A DNA stretch of 63,863 nucleotides, counting the filler, from Chiloscyllium plagiosum (lineage: Eukaryota): NCBI RefSeq assembly GCF_004010195.1. It is 7 parts of 7 records of this genome, joined end to end, with 100 filler letters (N's around TTAATTAATTAA, not from the genome) between each part and the next. Parts side by side here need not be neighbours in the genome. Positions count along the whole stretch, not along the records: positions 1 to 18,752 come from NC_057748.1; 6 more parts are not named here. One strand, written 5' to 3'. The position numbers and the translations under genes were made by a program. Within the stretch, counting starts at the first letter, position 1. The number at the start of each line of letters is the position of its first letter. Below the pieces are notes generated by a model, which worked only from the letters and a program-made list of their open reading frames with translations, did no database searches and was not told the origin of the DNA. Below are positions 1 through 12,990 of this stretch, piece by piece.

Positions 1-188
1 GGTAAAAACAATGACTGCAGATGCTGGAAACCAGATTCTGGATCAGTGGTGCTGGAAGAGCACAGCAATTCAGGCAGCATCGAGGCCTCGGATTTTGCCT
101 GTCCTCGGATGCTGCCTGAACTGCTGTGCTCTTCCAGCACCACTGATCCAGAATCTGGTTTCCAGCATCTGCAGTCATTGTTTTTACC
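1..188. repeat. Palindromic element with 81-bp inverted arms (1-81 / 108-188)
   Basis: The arms are reverse complements with one mismatch. Same family as 301-531, but the central ribozyme-like core is absent. Confidence 0.9.
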
Positions 189-300
189 TCTAAGGTTTCT
201 TAGATTGTTAACTAGAATGAGCCAATTGTCTCATGAGGAATAGTTGGACAGACTGTGCTTGTTTGCGCCGGTGTTTAGAAAAGTGAGGGATGATTAGATT

Positions 301-531
301 GCTGGAAAAGCGCAGCAGGTCAGGCAGCATCCAAGGAGCAGGAGAATCCACGTTTCGGGCATGAGCCCTTCTTCGGGAAGGGTAGGTCAAGGGTAGGTAA
401 TTCCTGAAGAAGGGCTCATGCCCGAAACATGGATTCTCCTGCTCCTTGGATGCTGCCTGACCTGCTGCGCTTTTCCAGCAACACATTTTTCAGCTCTGAT
501 CTCCAGCATCTGCAGTCCTCACTTTCTCCTA
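301..531. mobile_element. Palindromic Penelope-like-derived non-autonomous element with target-site duplication, inserted in a CR1 fragment
   Basis: Inverted arms ~301-379 / ~401-479, each with a hammerhead-like core (CTGAAGAAGGGCTCATGCCCGAAAC). Direct repeat GATGATTAGATT flanks it at 289-300 and 532-543. Confidence 0.75.
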
Positions 532-929
532 GATGATTAGATTGCACTGTGTACAATCCTGTGAATGGTCTTGACAAGGTAGATGTGGAAAGGATGTTTT
601 CTTTTGTGGGTCAACCCAGAACAAGGAGGGTGGGGCCACTGTTTTATTAATTGGGGGAGGTAAATATCGATTGAAAGGATATAGATATTGATTGGGAGGA
701 GGTGGATATTGAACGGGAGAGGGTGGATATGGATTGGGAAGTGGTAAGTATTAATTGAAAGGGGAATTCTAGTGGCACAGTGGTAGTGTCCCTAATCTCT
801 GCACAAAATTGGACTAATGGCAATGGTATCTGTTTAGTTCCTTTAACACTAACAATCTCTGAGACAGACCTGACCACAGAATAAATTTTACACACACATA
901 ATGAATTTTCAAATTCTTCTCAAAAAGAA

Positions 930-1135
930 AACCCAAATACTGAGGAAGCTGGGAAGCTGAAATTAAAACTAGGAAATGCTGGAGAAACTCAGCAGGTCTG
1001 GCAGTACCTGTGGAGGCAGAAACAGGGTTAAAGTCTTGAGTCCATTCTGAAGAAACCATTATGGACTCAAAATATTAACTCCATCTCTCTCTATTTGACA
1101 GACACTGCTGAGTTTTTCCAGCTCTTTCTCTTGTT
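930..1135. repeat. Old degenerate copy of the palindromic element
   Basis: gctggagaaactcagcagg ... ctgctgagtttttccagc inverted arms around a decayed CTGAAGA core. Confidence 0.55.
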
Positions 1136-1164
1136 ATTCCAATATTCTCTGTTATTACAGCTCC

Positions 1165-3055
1165 TTCGGCTCTTGATCTGTGGAACCAATCTGAAGCCCA
1201 TCTAGCCTACACTATTCCATTATCATCCATATATTTATCCAATGACCATTTAAATGCCCTTAAAGTTGCTGAGCCTACTACTGTTGCAGGCAGGGCATTC
1301 CACACCCTTACTACTCTCTGAGTAAAGAAACTGCTTCTAGCATCTGTCCTATATCTATCACCCCTCAGTTTAAAGCTATGGCCCTTGTGCTAGCCATCAC
1401 CATCCAAGGAAAAAGGCTCTCACTGTTCACCCTATCTAATCCTCTGATAATTTGTATGTCTCTATTAAGTCACCTCGTAACCTTCTCTCGAATGAAAACA
1501 GCCTCAAGTCCATCGGCCTTTCCTCATAAGACCTTCCCTCCATACCAGGCAACTTTCTAGTAAATCTCCTCTGCACCCTTTCCAATGCTTCCACATCCTT
1601 CCTATGATGCGGTGACCAGAACTGTACACAATACTTCAAGTGCAGCCGGCACCAGAGTTTTGTAAACTGCAACATGACTTCATGGTTTCAAAACTCAATC
1701 TCTCTACCAATACCATACGCCTTCTTAACAACCCTATCAACCTTGGCAACTTTCAGGGACCTAAGCAAATGGACTCCAAGATCTCTCTGCTCATCCATAT
1801 GACCAAGAATCTTACCATTAGCCCAGTACTCTATATTCCTGTTACTCCTTCCAAAGTGAATCACTTCACAATTTTTTGCATTTAACTCCATTTGTCAGCT
1901 TTCAGTCCAGCTCTGCGGCTTATGTATGTCCCTCTGTAACCTGCAACATCCTTCCGGACTGTCCACAACTCCACCGACTCTAGTGTCATCCACAAATTTA
2001 CTAACCCATCCTTCTACGCCCTCATCCAGGTCATTTATAAAAATGACAAACAGCAGTGGCCCCAAAACAGATCCTTGCAGCACACCGCTAGTAACTGTGC
2101 TCCAGACGAACATTTCCCATCAACCACCACTCTCTGTCTTCTTTCAGTTAGCCAATTTATGATCCAAACTGCAAAATCCCCCTCATTCCCATGCTTCCCC
2201 ATTTTCGACAATAACCTACTGTGGAGAACCCTATCAAATACCTTACTGAAATCCATATACAGCACATCAACCACTTTACTCTCATCCACCTATTTGGTCA
2301 CCTTCTCAAAGAACTCAGTAAGGTTTGTGAGGCATGACCTACCCTTCAAAAAACCATGTTGACTATCCCTAATAAAATTATTCCTTTCTAGATGATTATA
2401 AATCCTATCTCTTATGATCCTTTCCAACACATTACCCACAACCGATGTAAGGCTTACTGGTCTATAATTACCAGGGTTGTCTCTACTCCCCTTCTTAAAC
2501 GAGGATGCAACATTTGCTATCCTCCAGTTTTCTGGCATTATTCCTGTAGACAATGATGACATTGGGGCGGCACGATGGCACAGTGGTTAGCACTGCTGCC
2601 TCACAGCGCTAGAGACCCGGGTTCAATTCCCGCCTCAGGTGACTGACTGTGTGGAGTTTGCATGTTCTCCCTGTGTCTGTGTGGGTTTCCTCCGGTTTCC
2701 TCCCACAGTCCAAAGATGTGCAGGTCAGGTGAATTGGCCATGCTAAATTGCCCGTAGTGTTAGGTAAGGGGTAAATGCAGGGGTATGGGTGGGTTGCGTT
2801 TCGGTGGGTCGGTGTGGGCTTGTTGGGCCGAAGGGCCTGTTTCCACACTCTAATGTAATCTAATCTAATCTAATAAAGATAAAAGCCAAAGGCTCTGCAA
2901 TCTCCTCCCTAACTTCCCAGAGAATCCTAGGATAAGTCCCATCTGGCTCAGGGGATTTATCTATTGTCACACTTTCCAGAATTGCTAACACTTCCTTATG
3001 AACCTCAATCCCATCTGGTCTAATAAACTTCATTTCAGAATTCTCCTCGGCGACA
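1165..3055 (-). mobile_element. CR1-clade (HER1-like) LINE ORF2 fragment, degenerate
   Basis: RT motifs in minus-strand ORFs: NYRPVSLTSVVG, QHGFLKGRSCLTNL, VLYMDFSKVFD, QGSVLGPLLFVIFINDL, SKFVDDT. Interrupted by a SINE. Confidence 0.9.
2564..2873 (+). mobile_element. HE1-type V-SINE (tRNA-derived), nested in the LINE
   Basis: A/B-box head (tggcacagtgg; gggttcaattcc), V-domain tgtgtggagtttgcatgttctcc, and (taatc)n tail. Confidence 0.85.
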
Positions 3056-3139
3056 TTTAATTGGCATATTTTTGACAATTCTAGGATTAGATTTAAGGTT
3101 AGTATTAGACACTGGGAAAGAGTATTCAACGTTTAAGAT

Positions 3140-3522
3140 CAGTTTTTTTTATTTCAAAGGCACACTATATTCATAAGACTATCTTGATGTACATACATAG
3201 TCATTAAAGCAGTTCGGTTCTGTACAGTAGCAAATGAAGAAACAAACATTGGAGTTTAACCCTATTCAACAAACAAACCCAAGGCATTTATTACTTGTAC
3301 AACACTAACATTTATGTATACTTGAGGCACTGGCAGAATCCGATAACTGAACAGACCCCCCCCCCTATTTAACTTCATCAGATCAGGTCTTACCCATTGC
3401 GCTTTGGCAGCTGCTGCCCCAAGCTTTAGTGCGCCCCTCAGCACGTTGTCCTGGATCTTTGAATGTGCCAGTCCACAGCAATTAATCTGGAAGACCCAGA
3501 CCAAAGAGCGTCTTTCACTGGA
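3140..3522 (-). mobile_element. Tx1/L1-clade LINE 3' fragment
   Basis: LAHSKIQDNVLRGALKLGAAAAKAQW; homologous to 8755-9310; A-rich tail. Confidence 0.6.
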
Positions 3523-3849
3523 TTAAATTTAAGATTTGTGTTGCACACTGGGAAATAGTGTTAGGGCTGGGTTTTGGGTTGAGGTGAGTCAAGGGGAAAC
3601 AACTGTCTGAAATTCTTTTATGGTAACTTATTAATTCCGAAACTAATTAGTAATTAATTAATACTTTGAAAACAAATTAAAGAGATTAAAAATATGCTCC
3701 TTGTTAGAAAAGGTTCTAGCTCCTGTTAACATATGTAGATCGACAAACGTAGGAATTGCCAATTCAAATCTCGTTGATTGGTGGCATAGAATCAACAAAT
3801 TATTTTCATTTGCTCTCATCTCTTAGGCAATGTCATAAATCTTGAAGTT

Positions 3850-4470
3850 TGGTGGCATTTAGTACACTTGTCTTTATTTGTCAGTGCATTGAGTATAGGA
3901 GTTGGGAAGTCGTGTTGCACCTGAACAGGACATTGGTCAGGCCACTCTGGGAATACTGCATTCAGTTGTTGTCTCTCTCCTATAGGAAAGATGTCGTTAA
4001 ACTTGAAAAGGTTCAGAAAATAATTACAAGGATATTGCCGGGGTTGGATGGTTTGTAGGGAGAGGCTGTGGCTATTTTCCCTGGAGCATCAGAGGCTGAG
4101 GGGTGACCTTAATGAAGTTTATGAAATAATGAAGGGCATGGATAAGGTGAATAGCCAAGCCTTTTCCCCAGGGTAGACGGGTCCAAACCCAGAGGGCATT
4201 GGTTTAAGGGGAGAGGGGAAAGATTTAAAATGGACCTAAAGGGCAACTTTTTCAGGTAGAGGGTGATGCCTGTATGGAACAAGTCAGAGGATGTGGTGGA
4301 GGCTGATACAATTACAACATTTAAAAGGCATCTGGATGTGTGTATGAATAGGAAGGGTTTAGAGGGATATGGGCCAAATGTTGGCAAATAGGACTAGATC
4401 AATTTTGGATATGTGGTTGGCATGGATGAGTTGGACCGAAGGGCCTTGCTGTACACCTCTATGACTACAA
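3850..4470 (+). mobile_element. CR1 LINE 3' end
   Basis: RTLVRPLWEYC...RGDL-type C-terminal motifs and ctatgact tail. Confidence 0.85.
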
Positions 4471-4896
4471 ATAAATGGGCTAAAGATCTGGGCAGAACCT
4501 GCTGGAATCAAAAGAAAAAGTTTTCATCATCCTCGATCAGCTACATGGTAAATATTCAGATTGCACAAACCAATTTCAACCAACAGCATCAAACTCCGGG
4601 CAATAACAATAAATAGAAAACTGAACCTTTTGAAGTGGCTAAAACTAATCAACAATTTTTAAAAAATGCAGGAAACAACAAAAAGAAAGTTCAGTTTGTG
4701 CATACATTATTGCAAAATAGGTTTTATTTATTAAGTTATTTTGTTCAAACCCTAAGTCTGGACATTCTAAAATTCAGTTAGAGACAAATAAACACATTAA
4801 GAAAAATTCTTAAGTATTTTTGTAGAGTTTAAGGAGAAAAAGCTGCCATCTTGTGACAATGATCTGTAATTACATTGGTGCAACATTGGATTTTCA

Positions 4897-5244
4897 TAGA
4901 ATCCGGATAGTGTGGAAGCAGGCCACTCAGCCCATTGAGTCCACATGGACCCTCTGAAGAACATCCCACCCAGACCCAACCCCTTACCCTATCCCTGTAA
5001 CCCTGCATTTTCCATGGCTAAACCACCTAGCCTGCATATCCATGGACACTAAGGGCAATTTAGCATGGCCATTCCACCTAACCTGCAGATCTTTGGACTG
5101 GGAGGAAACCAGAGCACCTAGAGGAAATCCTCGCAGACACAGGGAGAATGTGCAAGCACCACACAGACAGTCGCCCGAAGGTGGAATCGAACCCGGGTTA
5201 CTGGTGCTGTGAGGCAGCAGTGTTAATCACTGAGCCACCGTGCC
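4897..5244 (-). mobile_element. HE1-type SINE
   Basis: Reverse complement of the 2564-2873 element. Confidence 0.85.
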
Positions 5245-5357
5245 ATTTTCCATTATAAAATTGAACCCAGGGAATTTGCATTAAGCTATTTTCAAACTTA
5301 CATCAAACTATTTTCATTTACTCTGATCTCTTAAACGATGTTATAAATCTCGAAGTT

Positions 5358-5668
5358 TGGCGGTGAAGAAGGCATTTGGTATGCTTGTCTTTATTGGTCA
5401 GTGCATTTAATATAAGAATTGGGACGTCATGTTGCAGCTGAACAGGACATTGGTTAGGCCACTTTTGGAATATTGTGGTCTCCTTGCTATAGGAAAGATG
5501 TTGTTAAATTTGAAAGGGTTCAGAAAAGATTTACAAGGATATTGCCAGGGTTAGAGAGTTTGAGCTATAGGGAGAGATGGAATAGTCTGAGGCTATTTTC
5601 CCTTGAGCGTCAGAGGCTGAGGGGAGACCTTATAGAAATTTATAAAATCATGAAGGGCATAGATAAAT
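5358..5668 (+). mobile_element. CR1 LINE 3' fragment
   Basis: WSPCYRKDVVKFERVQKRFTRILPGL...RLRGDLIEIYKI. Confidence 0.85.
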
Positions 5669-6679
5669 ATTAATAAATGTAAATGTAAAAATAGTTATCA
5701 TATACAGTAAGAATATGCCATCATGAACATTCCAATCGGGTGTATTTTGGTTCATTGATATGGATGAGATGTTTATTTTATGGAAATATTGGGAAACATG
5801 CTCATCACTGAGGAGAGCTGTATAATTTTTCATTCTAAATGACTCCAGCTAAGGTAGGCCCCTCCCACCTGGGCAAACTAAATATAGATTATTTATGATA
5901 TCTACAACACATGCTCCACTGAGGTAATATACACTTTTTATTAACGTGTTTCAATGGATTTCAAGTGACAGTGAGGAAGAAAGAGTTAAGTTCTAAGAGG
6001 ATATAAAAGGATTGCTCAGATGGGCAGATCAGTTGCAGATGGAATTTATCTGCAATAAATGGGTTGATGCACCTCAGAAGAAAGAACTATACAAGAGAGT
6101 ACTCAACGAATGGCAGGTCACTGGGAAGCTCAGAGGAGCAGAGGGAACTTGGGACGTTTGTCCAGTTTTATATGCAAATTATCACACTTTTAATTCGGCT
6201 ATTTATTCAGAAATCTCACAGACAATCAAGTGCTGAAACTATTATTTAAACTTTATTAGATGAGACCCCTCAAGCAAGCAAGATCAGCCTCACAACCCAA
6301 CTTTGCTATTACCCAATTAATGGTGGAACTCAGCTACAATTCCAACAAGCAGTGTCTGTGTCTGGATGTGTCCAGGGTTCGAATCTCATTGAGCATTGTT
6401 CTCCTGAGTTCTGCTCCAGGAATTCTGGAATTGAATTCTAATCTGATTTTCCATCCTTCAAGTTTGTGGTGTGATGGTATTAATATTTTTTTAGATTCTT
6501 TCATCCACAATATTGATTACTCCTCTGTCACCATCAAGTCTGCAGCTTGCCTTCTTATCAGAAGCAGCTTCTCTGTTCCTTGTTATATTGTCTGTTGAAG
6601 GCACAGCTTTCCTGGTGATTAATTCTTTAAATTCTTCTATAGAACAATCTGTTGTCCTTGCAGCATAAAACAGCCAGTT

Positions 6680-7988
6680 ATAGAGTCATAGAGATGTACT
6701 GCACGGAAACAGATCCTTCAGGGAAAAGACTTTGTCTATTTATCCTATCCATGCCCCTCATGATTTTATAAACCTCTATAAGGGCACCCCTCAGCCTCCG
6801 ACGCTCCCGGGAAAATGGCCCTAGCCTATTCAACCTCTCCCTATATCTCAAATCCTGTAACCCTGGCAACATCCTTGTAAATCTTTTCTGAACCCTTTCA
6901 AGTTTCACAACATCTTTCCGATAGGAAGGAGACCAGAATTGCATGCAATATTCCAACAGTGGCCTAACCAATGTCCTGTACAGCCGCAACATGACTTCTC
7001 AACTCCTGTACTCAATACTCTGACCAATAAAGGAAATCATACCAAACCTTCTTCACTATCCTATCTACCTGCGACTCAACTTTCAAGGAACTATGAACCT
7101 GCACTCCAAGGTCTCTTTCTTCAGCAACACTCCTAGGACTATTAAGTGCACAAGTCCTGCTAAGATTTGCTTTCCCAAAATGCAGCACCTCACATTTATT
7201 TAAATTAAACTCCATCTGTCACTCCTCAGCCCATTGGCGCATCTGATCAAGGTCCCGTTGTAATCTGAGGTAGCCTCCTTCGCTGTCCACTACACCTGCA
7301 ATTTTGGTGTCATCTGCAAACTTACTAACTATACCTCTTACGCTCACATCCAAATCATTAATATAACCGATGAAAAGTAGTGGACCCAGCACCGATCCTT
7401 GTGGCACTCCACTGGTCACAGGCCTCCAGTCTGAAAAACAACCCTCCACCACCACCCTCTGTCTTCTACCTTTGAGCCAGTTCTGTATCCAAATGGCTAG
7501 TTCTCCCTGTATTCCATGAGATCTAACCTTGCTTACCAGTGGGGTTCCATGGGGAACCTTGTTGAACACCTTGCTGAAGTCCATAAAGATCACGTCTACC
7601 GCTTTGCCCTCATCAATCCTCTTTGTTACTTCAAAAAATTCAATCAAGTTTGTGAGACATGGCTTCCCATGCACAAAGCCATGTTGACTGTCCCTAATCA
7701 GTCCTTAGCAATCCACATGTAAATCCGATCCCTCGGGATTTCCTCCAACAACTTGTCCACCACTCACGTCAGGCTCACCGGTCTACAGTTCCCTGGCTTG
7801 TCCTTACCACCTTTCTTAAATAGTGGCACCACGTTAGCCGACCTCTAGTCTTCCGGCACCTCACCTGTGACTATCAATGATACAAATATCTTACAAGGGG
7901 CCCAGCAATCACCTCCCTAGCTTCCCACAGAGTTCTAGGGTACACCTGGTCAGGTCCTGGAGATTTATCCATTTCTATACGTTTCAAA
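6680..7988 (-). mobile_element. CR1 LINE ORF2 fragment
   Basis: VTSGVPQGSVLGPLLF, SKFADDTK, YRTLVRPLLEYC. Confidence 0.9.
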
Positions 7989-7989
7989 G

Positions 7990-8725
7990 TTAAAAATCAC
8001 ACAACACCAGGTTATAGTCCAACAGGTTTAATTGGAAGCACACTAGCTTTCGGAGCGACGCTCCTTCATCAGGTGGCAATGGAGAGCTCAATCCTAACAC
8101 AGAATTTATAGCAAAAATATACAGTGTGNNNNNNNNNGGTTTAATTGGAAGCACTAGCTTTCGGAGCGCCGCTCCTTCATCAGGTGGCAATGGAGAGCTC
8201 AATCCTAACACAGAATTTATAGCAAAAATATACAGTGTGGTGTAACTGAAATTATACATTGAAAAATTGATTGTCTGTTAAGCCTTTCATCTGTTAGAAT
8301 GCAGTGATAGTTTCACTTCTTTCATGTGTAAATCACAAAACCTTTTTTTAAAAAGTTGCATTCTCAGGTTAGTTGTTAACAATGGTGATAGCTAGACAAT
8401 ATGCTGAAGGTGTTAGCCCCCTGTGTTTTCTGTCTATGCCATGATATTTAGATTGATTCTAATCTAAAAAGTGAGATAACGGAGTTTTACATAAATTCAT
8501 GCAGTTTTTGAGCAAAGTACAATACAACCCTTGTTGGGGGTTGTGAGTGTGAGAAAGTATATGTGTGTGTGTGTATGTGTGTATAGGAGAGCCTGTGTGT
8601 GTGAGAGAGTGTGTGTGTGTGTAGTGAGTGCAGAGTGTCTTAAGTCTGTGACGGGGTGCATCTGAGAGTGTGGGAGTGTGTGTGTCTGTAAGGGTGTGTG
8701 TGGCTGTCTGTGTGCGCGTCTGTCC
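7990..8725. mobile_element. Penelope-associated shark repeat with hammerhead core and (GT)-rich tract
   Basis: Homologous to 57020-57275 in the opposite orientation. Carries CTGATGA-hairpin-GAAAGCT. Confidence 0.55.
8041..8075 (-). ncRNA. Minimal type I hammerhead ribozyme-like motif
   Basis: Minus strand: cac CTGATGA a GGAGC-gtc-GCTCC GAAA GC T A gtg. Intact core, 5-bp stem II, stem I cac/gtg, palindromic AGCT stem III. Repeated at 8152-8186 across a 9-N gap. Confidence 0.65.
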
Positions 8726-8754
8726 TTGTTCCTTCACAACATATTTCAAACAGT

Positions 8755-9310
8755 TTTTTTTTAAATTTCCAAAATATACTTTATTCATAAAAATATCTTT
8801 ATACGGACATTGTCACTGAAGTATTTCAGTTCTGTGCAGTAGCACATGAAGAAACAAACAAATATTGGAGTTTGACTCTCTCTAGGAAACAAACCAAAGG
8901 TATTGTATAAGATTATTTTTGCATATATTTGAGGCACCAGGAGGGTCTGATAACTGAACAGACCCCTATTTAACTTCAGGCTGAACGATTTCAGACAATG
9001 GTCTTTCCCCACCACCCCATGGCAACAGCTGCCCCAAGCTTTAGTGCGTCCCTCAGAACATAGTCCTAGACCTTGGAATGTGTCAGTCTGTAACACTCAC
9101 TCGGGGTTAACACCTTGCTCTGGAAGATCAACATGTTTTGGGCAGACCAAAGAGCATCTTTCACCGAGTTGATGGTACTCCAAGCACAGGCGAAGTTTAT
9201 CTCGGTGTGCGTCCCGGGGAACAGACCATAGAGCACAGAGTCCGGTGTCACGGAGCTACTCGGAATGAAGCTTGACAAAAACCAATGCATCTTTCTCCAG
9301 ATTTTCTTTC
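8755..9310 (-). mobile_element. Tx1/L1-clade LINE 3' fragment
   Basis: VLYGLFPGTHTEINFACAWSTINSVKDALWSAQN...ECYRLTHSKV. Confidence 0.65.
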
Positions 9311-9372
9311 AGTTATTGCTGCTTCTTTCAAACACTATCACAGATGCTCCTCTTTCTTCATTACCACAGATC

Positions 9373-10800
9373 CCTGAAGGTGGTAGGACAGGTTAGTAGT
9401 GTAGTTAAGGATGCATAATGGACACTTGCCTTTATTGTTCAGGGCTTAGATTATAAGAGCAGGGCAGTGATGTTGGAGTCGTACAGAACTTAGATCACAG
9501 CTGGAGTAGTGTGTGTGGTTCTGGTCCCCACACTATAGGAAGGATGTTTTGCACTGGAGGGGGTGCAGAGTAGATTCACCAGGATGTTGCCTGGGACGGA
9601 GTGATTTGGCGATGAAGAGAACTGGATAAGCTTGAGGTGTTTTCTTTGGAGCAGAGAAGGTTGAGGGGGAACCTGACAGCAGTGCATAAGATTATGAGAG
9701 GCGTGTTCCCCTTAGTTGAAGGGTCAATAACAAGGGCATCATTTTAAAGTGAAAGGCAGGTGGTTTAGAGGGGGCTTGAGAAAAAACATTTTCACCTAGA
9801 GGCTGATGGGGGTCTAGAGTGCACTGGAGAGTAGTTGAGGTGGGAAACCTCACAATCTTTAAAAAGTACTTGGAGGAGCATTTGAAGTGTCATAAACTTA
9901 AAACTATGGGCCTAGTGCTGGAAAATAGGGTTAGTGTAGGTAGAACTGTATTTTTGGCAGCACAGATACAATGGGTCAAAGGGGCTCTTCTGTACTGTAT
10001 AATCATATGATTCCATAATTCTAGATATGAGGTTACTCCAAATCACTAAAACTCAGTGTTTGGGGAATCAAAAAGACCATCAACCATTATCTGAAGAGAT
10101 CTGGAATAAAAGAAGGTGGACATGATTCAGGTCCATTGTATCCTGAAGGTGGATAGTGGTCAAGAAGGCATATGGTATGCTTGCCTTCATCGGACGGGGT
10201 ACTGAGTATAAGAGCTAGCAGGTCATGTTAGAATTATACAAGACTTTGGTTCGGCTGCATTTAGAATACCGTGTACAGTTCTGGTCACCACATTACCAAA
10301 AGGATGTGGACACTTTGGAGAGAAGGTTTATGAGGATGTTGTCTGGTATGGAAGGTGCGAGCTATGAAGAGAGGTTGAGTAGGTTAGGATTGGTTTCATT
10401 AGAAAAAAGGAGATTGAAGGGGGATCTGATTGAGGTCTACAAAATCATGAAGGGTATAGACAGAATGGATAGAGATAAGCTTTCTCACAGGGTGAGGGAT
10501 TCAATGAGAGGTCATGCTTTCAAGGTGAGAGGTGAAAAGCTTAAGGGGGATACATGCAGAAAGTACTTTATGCAGAGGATGGTAGGTGACTGGAATGCAT
10601 TGTCAGCAGAGATAATAGAGGCAGGCAGGGCAGATTCTTTCAAGGTACATCTGGACAGATGCATGAGTCTTTGGGAAACAGAGGGATACAGATGCTTAGG
10701 AATTGGGCAATAGGTTTAGACAGTGGATTTGGATCAGCTCAGGTTTGGCGGGCTAAAGAACCTGTTCCTGGGCTATAAATTTTTTTCTTTGTTCTTTGAT
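9373..10800 (+). mobile_element. Two adjacent CR1 LINE 3' fragments
   Basis: LYKTLVRLHLEYRVQFWSPHYQKD...RLKGDLIEVYKIMKG. Confidence 0.85.
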
Positions 10801-10863
10801 GCTACAGACATATAAAAAGTGAAGTTGCTATAGTCCCAGAGGACCATGGGCTGTTGTCTCATC

Positions 10864-10894
<31 letters not shown>

Positions 10895-11274
10895 TGACGG
10901 GGGATGGGGGTGGTTTAACCTGAGAGTCACCACAATTCCAGCGCGGGGAAAGGTTGAGAAGCAGAGTCCTTCATGGTAATCTCAGCCAATATGGGAATTG
11001 GACCACATAAAGCCATGGCTAGACCCCCATTCTGAGAAGTGCTTTTTGATTTGTGTGTGAAGAGGGATATGTTGGGTTTGAGGTGTTGCAATACTCAGAA
11101 CATGAGTGGCATGAAACGTGTCAAGATTATGAGCACAGATGCATGATCTTGCCAAAGCAGATGCTTGCCAGGGAGGTGACAGATAAGTCATTTGATAGAT
11201 GATGGATAAAAGATAGATAAAATTTGGAATATTAGATAGCAGTGTCATTAACTCCATGTAATCTAGGTTTTAAA

Positions 11275-12385
11275 AAAATTATTTGTGGGATGTGGGTGTT
11301 GCTGGCATTTATTGTCCATTCCTAGTTGTCCTCGAGAAGGCGGGGGTGAGCTATTTTCCTGAACCATTGCAGTTCACCTGCTGTGGGTTGACCCACAATG
11401 CCATTAGGGCAGGAGTTCTAGGATTTTGATCCAGTGACAGCGAAGTAACAGTGATATATTTCCAAGTCAGGATGGTGAGTGGCTTGGAGTGGAATTTGCA
11501 GGGGTTGGTATTCCCATGTACCTGCTGCTCTTATCCTTCTGTATAGAAGTGTTTGTGGGAGTGGAGGGTGCTGTCTAAGGATCTTTGATGAATTTCTGCA
11601 GTGCATCCTGTAGATAGTACACACTGCTGCTACTGAGTGTTGGGGATAGAGGAAGGGGAAGCTTGTGGATGTATGCCAATCAAGCGGGCTGCTTTGTCCT
11701 TGATGATGTCAAGCTTCTTGAGTGTTGTTGGGGCTACACCCATCTAGGCAAGTGTGGGAGTATTCCATCACACTCCTGACTCATGCCTTGTAGATAATGG
11801 ACAAGTTGTGGGGAGTCAGGAGGTGAGTTACTTGCCACAGCCTCTGACTTGGTCTTGTAGCCAACTGCGAGCTTGTTGCAATTCCAGTTGAGTTTCTGGT
11901 CAATGATAAGCCCCTAGGATGTTGATAGTGGGGGCGTCAGTCATAGTAACACCATTGAATGTCAAGGGACGGTAGTTAGATTGTCTCTTATTGGAGGTGG
12001 TCATTGTCTGGCATTTATGTGGTGTGAATGTTACTTGCCACTTGTCAGCCAAAGCCTGGATATTGTCCAGATTGTATTGCATTTGGACACGGACTGCTTC
12101 AGTATCTGAGGAATGGTGAATGGTGCTGAATATTGTACAATCTTCAATGAACGTCCCCACTTCTGACCTTACGATGCAGGGAAGGTCATTGAGGAAGCAG
12201 CTGAAGATGGTTGGGTCAAACCCTTGTGAGGAGTGCAGAGATATCCTGGAGCTGAGATGACCTGCCTCCAACAACCACAACCATGTTCCTATGTGCCAAG
12301 TACGATTCCAACCAGCAAACAGTTTGCCCCAATATCCATTGATTCCAGATTTGCCAGGGCTCTTTGATGCCTAACCGAGTTGAAT
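11275..12385 (-). mobile_element. L2/CR1-like LINE RT fragment and 3' end (second family)
   Basis: PTIFSCFLNDLP...FIEDCT...LDNIQALADKWQVTFTPHKC; 3' end shared with 27120-27480, 28300-29030, 32360-32690 and 38420-39030. Confidence 0.75.
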
Positions 12386-12689
12386 ATGGATTGGATCCAA
12401 TCAAGGTGACAGTGGAGATTGCGGGCTTGAGCTTGGAGCTTGTCTGCTCTGACCCACACCCCCCTCCCCCTTTAATTTTGTTTCTCTTTCACTTTCTTTT
12501 CCTCTTTCACTACTCCTTTTCTTAGTTTAATTCGACATACCTTCGACAAAGTGTGACTCCGTGCGGCGCAGAGGATTGTGAAGGAGGAGAGCAAGCCAGC
12601 ATGGGGGAGCCGAGTTCAATGTAGCAGCGAGAGAGGTCGCTGGTATCGAGGGTGGTCATCCCAAGCGATGACGAGAGCAGGAGCGGGCA

Positions 12690-12990
12690 GGAGGGGCAGG
12701 GAGGCTGAGATCGAACCCAGGGCGGGTGTGAGACTGAATCCAGAGTGGGGGGAGGGGTGAGTTTGAGCCGGGTTGGGGGATGGGGTGAGATCGAGCCCCG
12801 GGTGGGGTGGTGTGGGGGTGAGATCCAGCCCGGGGCAGAAGGTGGAGGGCAGAGGGGGTGGTGAGATTGAGCCCAGGGTGGGAGGAGATGGTGGGATCAT
12901 GCCGGGGGCGAGGAGTAGGGGGAATGGGATTGAGCCTGGGTTGAGGTACGGGTGAAATCGAGCCCGAGGCAGGGAGGGTGGTGAGATTCC
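12690..12990 (+). repeat. G-rich degenerate tandem array (~30-33-bp unit, core ggtgagatcgagccc)
   Basis: About nine visible units, running into an HE1 V-domain fragment at ~12990-13050. Confidence 0.7.

Noticed and set aside
8024-8238. Natural tandem hammerhead dimer
   Set aside because: The two near-identical copies flank a 9-N gap, typical of an unmerged contig overlap.
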